NCBI GenBank assembly: GCA_043803945.1
Contig: JAZDJN010000055.1
Coordinates: forward strand, 1-37,943
DNA from: a bacterium
GTDB taxonomy: Bacteria > Bacteroidota > Ignavibacteria > UBA10030
DNA length: 37,943 nt
Reading direction: 5' to 3'
Part shown: positions 18,043-26,236 of the stretch, piece after piece
How positions within the stretch are numbered: the first letter of the stretch is position 1
Layout of the letters: every line of letters starts with the position of its first letter
Position numbers and translations under genes: made by a program
The notes under the pieces: model-generated
Database searches by the model: none
Told to the model about the DNA's origin: nothing
The model's input: the letters and a program-made list of their open reading frames with translations, nothing else

Positions 18043-19641
18043 TTACGTCTTATACTGATTCCACCATCGTTCCATAACATCGTTTGCTTCCGTCTGTGCG
18101 CCCTTCTTTTTCCACTTATCGAAGAAGTTTATATCTGAGCTGTCAGGCGGCGGATTCGGTGCATCGATTTGAACACGAAGCGGCATGGGGATGGAATCGC
18201 CCAGCACAATAGCCTCTCCCTGACGCAAGGTCGAGATAACGTTCTCGAGCCCGCTGAATGTTTCGGGCACGAGCTTTTTTATGTAGCTCTGATCGACGGG
18301 ATTGAGCAGCCGTAAGATGACAAAATTATTGCATTGGGAGAGGATCGTTTCGGAGATTTCGGAAGGCCGTTGACTCACGATCATACAACTGACCCCATAT
18401 TTCCTTCCTTCTTTCGCAATCCGTTCTACCGTCAGCCGCGCAGCAGTCGAACCGGTGGCGTTCACGGAGAGATAGTTATGCGCTTCTTCGAACACCAGAA
18501 GGATCGGCAGTTCACGGCGGTTGGGATTCCAGAAATTAAAATCGAAGCTGATACGCGCAATTAACGCCACAACCGTATTCACCACATCGAAGGGGATCCC
18601 GCTCATATCCATAATTGTGATGCGCGATTTTCCGTCCAGTCCGAAGATCATGGTCAGCAATCCTTTGACAGCTTCCGAGTCAACGCAAACGCGAGGTTTG
18701 AACATAAAGGAATAACGCGGGTCATTCATCTTACTATTCAAACGGATAAGGAATCGGGAGAACTTGCCGAAATACGGACCCTCTTTTCCACCGCCCGGGC
18801 CTTTCTCGGTGTCCAGGAATTGCATTTTCGCCCGGACTTCGTTGATGTCGAAGTAAACAGGGGAATCAACTGTCAGTGTTCCGGCAAGGCGTGGATTCTT
18901 GGACTTTTTCGCTGCGAAGATCAGATCCTGCAGTACGGAAGCCTGGGTGCTGGCATTTTCATCCCGCTGATCGAGAAACATCTCTGTCATTTCATCGAAA
19001 TTCATGAGCCAGTAGGGAAGTTCGAGCGCCGAAATATTGAAATGCTGGCAGCCTTCGGGGAATGCCGGCTTGTATTCATTGTGAATGTCGATCACGACAA
19101 TATTGGTATCCGGCAGCGTTACGACTTTCTGAAGAATCGATGACACGGTGCACGATTTTCCGGCACCACTGGAACCGAGTACAGCAAGATGTTTCCCAAA
19201 GAATCGGTTTGGGTCGATGTACGCACGTTCGTTTTCAAAAAGAGAGAGTTGTCCGATAGAAAAGTTAAACCTCTGAAATGCGGCAAAAGCCACCTTCAGG
19301 TCCTTATCCTCAAGAAGATAGACAATCATTTCGGCCGTCGGCAGCACAGAGACGCCGCTCTCAAACTTCCCCTTTTTCAAGGTTCCAATGAGCACAACAT
19401 TCATGAAAAAACGCTGGACGACCGTATCATGTTCATGGAGGTCCTTCTTCTTGATATCGGAAACGATTCCGAGAATCAGCAGTTTGCCGAACGGTATCAG
19501 CACATACGAACCGATCTGCCCTATGAAGTAAAGCCGTTCACCAATTTTTTTCTGGAGTGTAGTGATCTCCGGATCGATGACGACAGTGATAAATGAACTA
19601 GTCACTTCCCGGATCACTCCAATACGTTTTTCATCCCACAT
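18043..19641 (-). CDS. HerA/FtsK-superfamily ATPase (HAS barrel + DUF87)
   Basis: GQIGSYV HAS region, KHLAVLGSSGAGKS Walker A, IDIHNEY, LLVFEEAHNY Walker B, RIAKEGRKYG, SQRPSEISETILSQCNN. Confidence 0.92.
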   Translation of the reverse strand: MWDEKRIGVIREVTSSFITVVIDPEITTLQKKIGERLYFIGQIGSYVLIPFGKLLILGIVSDIKKKDLHEHDTVVQRFFMNVVLIGTLKKGKFESGVSVLPTAEMIVYLLEDKDLKVAFAAFQRFNFSIGQLSLFENERAYIDPNRFFGKHLAVLGSSGAGKSCTVSSILQKVVTLPDTNIVVIDIHNEYKPAFPEGCQHFNISALELPYWLMNFDEMTEMFLDQRDENASTQASVLQDLIFAAKKSKNPRLAGTLTVDSPVYFDINEVRAKMQFLDTEKGPGGGKEGPYFGKFSRFLIRLNSKMNDPRYSFMFKPRVCVDSEAVKGLLTMIFGLDGKSRITIMDMSGIPFDVVNTVVALIARISFDFNFWNPNRRELPILLVFEEAHNYLSVNATGSTAARLTVERIAKEGRKYGVSCMIVSQRPSEISETILSQCNNFVILRLLNPVDQSYIKKLVPETFSGLENVISTLRQGEAIVLGDSIPMPLRVQIDAPNPPPDSSDINFFDKWKKKGAQTEANDVMERWWNQYKT

Positions 19642-19691
19642 AGTCGTTGCTCGCCGATACGATTAGTATTCTGCAGTATTGATTTCCCCTG

Positions 19692-20708
19692 TTAATGCTT
19701 CTTTGATTTTTTCTTCGGACGCTGCACTTTGACGGCACGCTTGGTTTTCTTTGCCCGAACTGCCTTCTTCACTACTGTTGATTTAGTTTTGTGCGCTCCT
19801 TTTTTCTTCAGACTCTTGAGCGCCCGCTCGAGGGTCTCACCGATAAGTCCCGGACTTTCTACGACATGGATGCCCGCATCGCGGAAGGCCTGATATTTTT
19901 CCGCTGCTGTTCCTTTGCCGCCTGAAATGATTGCACCGGCATGTCCCATCCTCCGGCCCGGAGGTGCCGTCTGGCCTGCAATGAATCCGATAACCGGCTT
20001 TTTCACATACTTTTTTATATACTCCGCCGCCTCTTCTTCTGCAGTGCCGCCAATCTCTCCAATCATAATGATCGCATCAGTTTCTGGATCGGCATTGAAT
20101 AATTTAACGGCATCGATGAATCGGGTTCCGATAATCGGATCGCCGCCAATACCGATGCAGGTCGACTGGCCGATCTTCCGCTCGGTGAGCTGCCACACCG
20201 CCTCATAGGTCAATGTTCCACTACGAGAGACGATTCCCACGCGGCCCGGGCGATGAATGAAGCCGGGCATGATGCCGATCTTGCATTTCCCCGGAGAAAT
20301 AATACCGGGGCAATTCGGTCCGATAAACCGGACATTGAGCTTATTCAGATGATCATAGACTCTGACCATATCGTTGGCGGGAATTCCTTCGGTAATCGCA
20401 ACAACAAGTTTGATCCCGGCATCAGCCGCCTCGAGAATGGCATCAGCGGCAAAACCGGCCGGCACAAAAATGATGGAAGTGTTTGCTCCCTCCTTCTGTA
20501 CTACCTCTGCCACGGTATTATAGACCGGAACGGGATGATCGAAGTGATCTTTCTCATTGCCTTGATATATCGTTCCGCCTTTGCCGGGCGTTACGCCGGC
20601 AACAACCTTTGTTCCATACTCGATCATCTGCTTGGTATGAAATGTACCTTCGCCGCCGGTTATCCCCTGAACGACGAGCCGTGTTTTATTGTCAACAAGG
20701 ATACTCAT
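19692..20708 (-). CDS. sucD: succinyl-CoA synthetase alpha subunit with Lys-rich C-terminal extension
   Basis: [39 protein letters not shown], phospho-His motif RMGHAGA. Confidence 0.97.
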   Translation of the reverse strand: MSILVDNKTRLVVQGITGGEGTFHTKQMIEYGTKVVAGVTPGKGGTIYQGNEKDHFDHPVPVYNTVAEVVQKEGANTSIIFVPAGFAADAILEAADAGIKLVVAITEGIPANDMVRVYDHLNKLNVRFIGPNCPGIISPGKCKIGIMPGFIHRPGRVGIVSRSGTLTYEAVWQLTERKIGQSTCIGIGGDPIIGTRFIDAVKLFNADPETDAIIMIGEIGGTAEEEAAEYIKKYVKKPVIGFIAGQTAPPGRRMGHAGAIISGGKGTAAEKYQAFRDAGIHVVESPGLIGETLERALKSLKKKGAHKTKSTVVKKAVRAKKTKRAVKVQRPKKKSKKH

Positions 20709-20760
20709 GTGGTTTCATGGATTAGTGAATAAATGAAGTACTGTCTGTCATTTCCTGCTG

Positions 20761-22185
20761 TTAGTGACTCCGTTCGAGTACGTCAGCAACTCTGAACAAG
20801 GTCGATTCATCGAACTGCTTGCCGAGGAGCTGCAGCCCGATCGGCAATCCCTGCCGGTCCACGCCGCATGGGATACTAATTCCCGGAATCCCCGCAAGGT
20901 TCGCCGAGGTGGTGTAGATATCTGAAAGATACATTTGCAGCGGATCGTCACTCTTTTCGCCAGCCTTAAACGCTGTACTTGGAGATGTAGGAGTAATCAG
21001 GCAATCGACTTTCGTAAACACCTTTAGAAAATCCTCCTGAATGAGTCGCCGTACTTTCTGCCCTTTACGATAGTAGGCATCATAATACCCTGCTGAGAGA
21101 ATATAGGTGCCAAGCATGATGCGGCGTTTTACTTCATCGCCAAATCCACCGCTACGGGATTTGGTGTACATATCGATAATCCCTTTCCCGCCACCTGCGC
21201 GGAAGCCATACCGGGCTCCATCATACCGTGCGAGGTTGGAGGATGCCTCAGCCGTTGCAAGAATGTAGTACGTTGCGATCGTATATTCCGTATGAGGGAG
21301 CGAAACTTCTTCGACCACTGCACCCCGGTCTTTCAGGATGTCGATCTTTTTCTCAATGGCTTCGCGAATCTCCGCATTGAGGGATTCATCGAAATATTCC
21401 TTCGGGATACCGATTCGAAGATCCTGTACCTCGCCTGTGAACGCTTCAGCATAATTCGGAACCGGTGTTGTGGAAGATGTCGAGTCTTTCGGATCGTAAC
21501 CGGCAATCACACTGAGTACTGTAGCTGTGTCTTTCACAGTCAACGCAAACGGTCCGATACAATCAAACGATGAAGCAAACGCAACCAATCCGTACCGAGA
21601 GACCCTTCCATAAGTCGGTTTTAAACCGACAATACCGGTGAATGCTGCCGGTTGACGAATTGAACCGCCGGTATCGCTCCCCAACGCGGTTGTACACATC
21701 CCCGCTTGTACTGCAACGGCGGAACCACCGCTGGAACCGCCCGGTACGCGGGTCTCATCCTGTGCGAGCCGGACACGCCCAAAAGCAGAATTTTCTGTCG
21801 ATGAGCCCATTGCGAATTCATCCATGTTGGTCTTGCCGATCACAATCGCGTCAGCATCCTGGAGACGTGTAACCACTGTGGCATCGTATGGAGCAACAAA
21901 CTCTTCCAGCATCTTCGAAGCACATGAGTTCCGCTCACCCTTGACAAGGATGGCATCTTTGATCGAGATGACCATTCCAGCGAGCGGGCCTGCTTTTCCC
22001 ACCTCCAGTTTTTTGTCGATGGCACGTGCCGATTCGAGAGCTTGCTTAGAGAAGACCGACAGGAACGCGTTGTAGTGTCTACCCGACTCTATCGTTTTGA
22101 GGTAGTCTTCGGTGATTCTCTGGCAGTTTGTTTTTCCGGTATGAATCTCTTGAGAGATCTGATCAAATGTATTCATCGAACTCAT
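20761..22185 (-). CDS. gatA: Asp-tRNA(Asn)/Glu-tRNA(Gln) amidotransferase subunit A
   Basis: GKTNMDEFAMGSSTE, PGGSSGGSA, GSDTGGSIRQPA, AEASSNLARYDG, EVKRRIMLGTY. Confidence 0.97.
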   Translation of the reverse strand: MSSMNTFDQISQEIHTGKTNCQRITEDYLKTIESGRHYNAFLSVFSKQALESARAIDKKLEVGKAGPLAGMVISIKDAILVKGERNSCASKMLEEFVAPYDATVVTRLQDADAIVIGKTNMDEFAMGSSTENSAFGRVRLAQDETRVPGGSSGGSAVAVQAGMCTTALGSDTGGSIRQPAAFTGIVGLKPTYGRVSRYGLVAFASSFDCIGPFALTVKDTATVLSVIAGYDPKDSTSSTTPVPNYAEAFTGEVQDLRIGIPKEYFDESLNAEIREAIEKKIDILKDRGAVVEEVSLPHTEYTIATYYILATAEASSNLARYDGARYGFRAGGGKGIIDMYTKSRSGGFGDEVKRRIMLGTYILSAGYYDAYYRKGQKVRRLIQEDFLKVFTKVDCLITPTSPSTAFKAGEKSDDPLQMYLSDIYTTSANLAGIPGISIPCGVDRQGLPIGLQLLGKQFDESTLFRVADVLERSH

Positions 22186-22244
22186 TCAACGTGCACACTC
22201 TGAGCATTCGAGCAACCGTAATTCTTTCCTCCAACGGAGAATAG

Positions 22245-22457
22245 TTACCCTGCGTGCTTGTCGTTTTTCGACTGGTCTTTATCATCGAGAAGTTTGGTGT
22301 CCTTCTCCATATCTTCCTGGATATCCTTTGCAGCCTTTCGAAATTCCCGGACTCCTTTGCCCAGGCCCTGTGCCAGTTCCGGTATTTTTTTTGCACCGAA
22401 AAAGATGAGGATAACAAGGAGAATCAAAAAAATCTCTTGTGAACCCATGCCAAACAT
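22245..22457 (-). CDS. tatA: twin-arginine translocase TatA/TatE subunit
   Basis: Single TM helix, [24 protein letters not shown]; GAGG RBS upstream. Confidence 0.95.
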   Translation of the reverse strand: MFGMGSQEIFLILLVILIFFGAKKIPELAQGLGKGVREFRKAAKDIQEDMEKDTKLLDDKDQSKNDKHAG

Positions 22458-22467
22458 AGCGTACCTC

Positions 22468-23190
22468 TCAAACAGTTATTGATTGTTGAATAACACTCTC
22501 GACGATCGAATCGAATACTCTTTTTCCATCGGTATGCCCCAGCACCTGATCAGAAGCACGCTCCGGGTGCGGCATCATACCGAGCACATTTCCCGTCTCA
22601 TTAATAATCCCTGCAATATTCGAGAGAGATCCGTTTGGATTGGATTCTGCATTGATGGAACCTGCAGCATCGCAGTAGCGAAAGACAATTTGGTTATTCT
22701 CCTCCAACCGCGCCAATATTTCTTCGTCGGTGAAGTAGTTGCCATCGCCATGGGCTATCGGAATTTCCAAGACATCTCCCTTTGTACACTGCGATGTGAA
22801 TCGGGTTGCATCATTTTCCACACGCAAGTGAATATATTTACAGACAAACTTCAGGGATTGATTTCGCAGCAAAACACCCGGCAGTAATCCTGCTTCTACG
22901 AGAACTTGAAATCCATTACAGATACCCAGAACAATTCCGCCATTATTGGCAAATCGCACGACATCCTTCATGATGGGAGAAAATCGCGCCAAGGCGCCGC
23001 TGCGAAGATAATCACCATAGGAAAATCCACCCGGCAAAATTACTGCGTCAAGATCCCCCAGCGAGGATTCTTTATGCCATATCAGTCTTGCCTGCTGGCC
23101 GAGAAGTGTCTCGGCAACATAATAGGAATCGTGGTCACAATTGGATCCCGGAAATACTACGACACCGAAACGGACTTTGTCCATACGCAT
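22468..23190 (-). CDS. purQ: phosphoribosylformylglycinamidine synthase subunit PurQ
   Basis: [38 protein letters not shown]. Confidence 0.97.
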   Translation of the reverse strand: MRMDKVRFGVVVFPGSNCDHDSYYVAETLLGQQARLIWHKESSLGDLDAVILPGGFSYGDYLRSGALARFSPIMKDVVRFANNGGIVLGICNGFQVLVEAGLLPGVLLRNQSLKFVCKYIHLRVENDATRFTSQCTKGDVLEIPIAHGDGNYFTDEEILARLEENNQIVFRYCDAAGSINAESNPNGSLSNIAGIINETGNVLGMMPHPERASDQVLGHTDGKRVFDSIVESVIQQSITV

Positions 23191-23201
23191 CTTCGCCCCA
23201 A

Positions 23202-23453
23202 TTACTCCTGCTTCTCCACCGTGACTGTAAAATCTTCCATCACTGGATTCGCAAGTAACTGGCCACTGATTTGTTTGGTAATGGATTCAGCCTCCTCTTT
23301 GCTCTCCGCGTCAATATTCAGTTCTATGAATTTTCCAATGCGGACATTTTTCACTGCGTTATATCCCAGCGAATGGATCCCATGTTCAACGGCTTTTCCC
23401 TGTGGATCGAGGATCGACTTGCGCAACGTAACGATAATCTTTGAATGATACAC
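23202..23453 (-). CDS. purS: phosphoribosylformylglycinamidine synthase subunit PurS
   Basis: [22 protein letters not shown]. Start moved to GTG 23453, which has AGGAG upstream. Confidence 0.93.
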   Translation of the reverse strand: MYHSKIIVTLRKSILDPQGKAVEHGIHSLGYNAVKNVRIGKFIELNIDAESKEEAESITKQISGQLLANPVMEDFTVTVEKQE

Positions 23454-23472
23454 CCGTACGACTCCTGGTCTA

Positions 23473-24237
23473 TTAGAGATCGATGCTTGAATATTCCTTT
23501 TCTTCATCTGCATTCCGTTCGACATGCCGCAGTAAATTAATCACCCATTCAATGATCGATCGGAGGATGCCAAAAATGATGAATGCCATCATCACGGCAA
23601 AGATAGCGCTGCCTTTCGTGACGAGAACCACAACGGCTGCTGCTGTAAATCCCATGGCTTTCCATGGATGTGTACGGATACCTCTTTTAGAGAGTTTTGG
23701 CAATGTATCGTACCGTACTTTGCTAACCATCAGGAGAGAAAGGCCGATGACCAGCACCACGAGTCCATTGGGGGCCCACTCTGTGAGGCCTGATCCTTCT
23801 GCATAGAATTGCAGGAGGAAAGCACAGACCGCCATCGCTTGAGCCGGGATCGGTAATCCCTTAAAGTAATCCTTTTCGAATCCGACCAGTTGCACATTGA
23901 AGCGGGCGAGGCGGATTGCACCAAACACAAGCGGCATACCGCTGATAATCACACCGATATTACCCAGGTCGTGCAGATACGCTTGATAGACCAGGAACGA
24001 GGGTGCGGCTCCGAAAGCGACGACATCGGCGAGCGAATCAAGTTCCACACCAAACTGGCTTGAAGATTTTGTCAAACGCGCCACAATCCCATCAACCGAA
24101 TCGAAGACGGCAGCGAGAATGATGAACCAGGAAGCCATTTCAATTCTGCCTTCACTCGCACTCAGAATCGAGAGAAATCCACAAAAAGCATTGAGAACGG
24201 TAAATAAACTCGGCACTGCAGCGCGAGTCATTCGCAT
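23473..24237 (-). CDS. pssA: CDP-diacylglycerol--serine O-phosphatidyltransferase
   Basis: CDP-alcohol motif DSVDGIVARL...FGVELDSLAD, RLARFN, FKGLPIP; adjacent to psd. Confidence 0.95.
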   Translation of the reverse strand: MRMTRAAVPSLFTVLNAFCGFLSILSASEGRIEMASWFIILAAVFDSVDGIVARLTKSSSQFGVELDSLADVVAFGAAPSFLVYQAYLHDLGNIGVIISGMPLVFGAIRLARFNVQLVGFEKDYFKGLPIPAQAMAVCAFLLQFYAEGSGLTEWAPNGLVVLVIGLSLLMVSKVRYDTLPKLSKRGIRTHPWKAMGFTAAAVVVLVTKGSAIFAVMMAFIIFGILRSIIEWVINLLRHVERNADEEKEYSSIDL

Positions 24238-24258
24238 AATAAGTATCTCCTTGGTGTG

Positions 24259-24909
24259 TTACTGAAATCGAGCGAGGACCGTTTCTCCCGCGGCGGTCAC
24301 CTCGTTCACCTTGACCAGAATCACTGAAGACTTTGGCACGTAAACATCGACACGCGATCCGAACTTAATCATTCCAAACCTCTCACCTGCCCGGACAATG
24401 TCTCCATTTTTTAGGGTACAAACAATACGACGGGCAACAAAACCGGCAATTTGTTTGAACAGGACCCATCCCTTTTCTCCCTTCATCCCGACGATCATTT
24501 GTTCATTTTTCTCTGAGGCTTTATCTTCGAAAGCGGCGAAATATTCACCCTGAACGTAACGGAGATAGGTGACTTCACCCGAAATAGGATTTCGATTGAC
24601 ATGTACGTTCAGAGGAGACATAAAGATGCTGATAAGAATTGCCGGTTCATTGAAGTGTTCACACTCAGCAACTTCTTTAATCTGGATTATTGTACCATCG
24701 GCGGGTGCGATGATAAGACCATTTCCGGTTGGAGTCGTTCGATCGGGATCACGGAAGAAATTGACGGTCAGGCCCCAGAATACAATAACCAGAATGACCG
24801 TCGTAAATTTGAGAAAACGGGGTTCAATGAAAATTATTGAGAGAACAAGAGCTACCAGGCAGATGGCGCTAACTGAAAAGAAAACATCATAGCCATATTT
24901 CGTGATCAT
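24259..24909 (-). CDS. psd: phosphatidylserine decarboxylase proenzyme
   Basis: FFRDPDR, APADG, IFMSPLNVHVNR, QIAGFVARRI, self-cleavage motif KFGSRVD. Confidence 0.96.
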   Translation of the reverse strand: MITKYGYDVFFSVSAICLVALVLSIIFIEPRFLKFTTVILVIVFWGLTVNFFRDPDRTTPTGNGLIIAPADGTIIQIKEVAECEHFNEPAILISIFMSPLNVHVNRNPISGEVTYLRYVQGEYFAAFEDKASEKNEQMIVGMKGEKGWVLFKQIAGFVARRIVCTLKNGDIVRAGERFGMIKFGSRVDVYVPKSSVILVKVNEVTAAGETVLARFQ

Positions 24910-25191
24910 AAGACCTTCGAGAGACCTTTCTCATCCAAATGCAACAAAGCTTCTCACCTTCACTGGCATAAAGATACAAAGGAAATGCGAAGGAAAAAAG
25001 CATCCGAATGATGAAATTTGAGAAGAGAGGATTGGTTTTGCAAGATTTAAAGTTGCAATCGGTTCACTTCCATAATTATAGAATGGTTAATCTAACTTTT
25101 CGTGGCAATCGTATTGCCTTTTATTTACTAGAGAAGTAGGTTATCATTCAAAAGAATCTCTTTCTATTCCCTTTATAGATAAAGGCGCCAT

Positions 25192-26046
25192 ATGATCTCA
25201 TCTATCAACAGACGTCTGAATCATTTCCTTTTGATAGTGATGGTCGTTGTCCTAAACGACCATTGCAGCGCGCTTGGTGTGGCTAAAAACTCTACTCATC
25301 CAACGTTTATCGCTCAGAATCTGGACATCGAAGGTTTCCGTCATGGCTATCAAACTCTGCTTCACATTGCAGAGGATGGTGATACACCTGAACAGTACAT
25401 TTTTACTATTGCCGGGGTTCTCGCAGCAAATGGAATGAATAATCGATCCATCGGTGTCTGTGTGAATACGCTGATGCAGCTTTCCGCCTGCTCCGATGGA
25501 CTTCCAGTCGATTTTGTCGTACGGGGCATCCTTTCAGCCCGCACCGAAAAGGAAGCCCTGAACTTTGTAAAAACTGTGAAGCATGCATCGGGCCAGAATT
25601 ACCTCATCGGCTCCGGAGAGAGAATTATTAACTTTGAGGCATCGGCAAAAAAAGTAGTTGAATTCAGAATCCAGGGGAGGGACAGGCTGGTGTATCATAC
25701 AAACCATCCGCTGGCAAACGACGATTGGAAACCGTGGCACAAGAGGTGGATGGAGAGAATTCCACAAGGGCAACTTAAGCTAGGCGACAGCTATGTACGG
25801 TTCGCGAGTCTGGAATCACGCCTTCACGATTCTGTCAAAGTAGTCGATGAGGACTTTATTCAAAACATCCTTCGCTCAAAGGACTCCGGCCGTTCACCGG
25901 TCTGTCGACCCCACCGGCCGGGTGTTTCTGTATTTACCTTCGGCTCATTCATCATGAACTTATCGGATAAGCCTTCATTACTCATCAGTGTTGGACCGCC
26001 GGATAAGAACGACTATCTTCGTTTCGAGTTTGATAAGCGGAAGTAG
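25192..26046 (+). CDS. peptidase C45 / isopenicillin-N acyltransferase-like Ntn hydrolase (beta-subunit only)
   Basis: H-C-S nucleophile at residue 25, AQNLD, GMNNRSIGVCVNTL, HASGQNY, YHTNH, SYVRF. Lacks the usual N-terminal alpha-subunit. Confidence 0.8.
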   Translation: MISSINRRLNHFLLIVMVVVLNDHCSALGVAKNSTHPTFIAQNLDIEGFRHGYQTLLHIAEDGDTPEQYIFTIAGVLAANGMNNRSIGVCVNTLMQLSACSDGLPVDFVVRGILSARTEKEALNFVKTVKHASGQNYLIGSGERIINFEASAKKVVEFRIQGRDRLVYHTNHPLANDDWKPWHKRWMERIPQGQLKLGDSYVRFASLESRLHDSVKVVDEDFIQNILRSKDSGRSPVCRPHRPGVSVFTFGSFIMNLSDKPSLLISVGPPDKNDYLRFEFDKRK

Positions 26047-26236
26047 GAATCAGTTACTGTAACATTTTCTCATGAGAATCGATTCAAAGATTCACATTCA
26101 CACCAAGAAGAATGACTATTAGGAATCTTACATTTAACTTCTTCTATTGGGAATGCGTAACTTGATTTATTTAGTAAACACAAAACGCAACTAAGATTTT
26201 TTCCAGTCCAGGTTTAGATTTACCTTTTATTAAGTT

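Noticed and set aside
24963-24979. CTGGCATAAAGATACAA resembling the sigma54 sites
   Set aside because: Good -24 box, but the -12 box is TACA with no conserved G, and no activator gene is adjacent.
26050-26090. Cluster of short palindromes (GTTACTGTAAC, TTCTCATGAGAA, GAATCGATTC)
   Set aside because: Lies between convergent gene ends; short and compatible with chance in AT-rich DNA.
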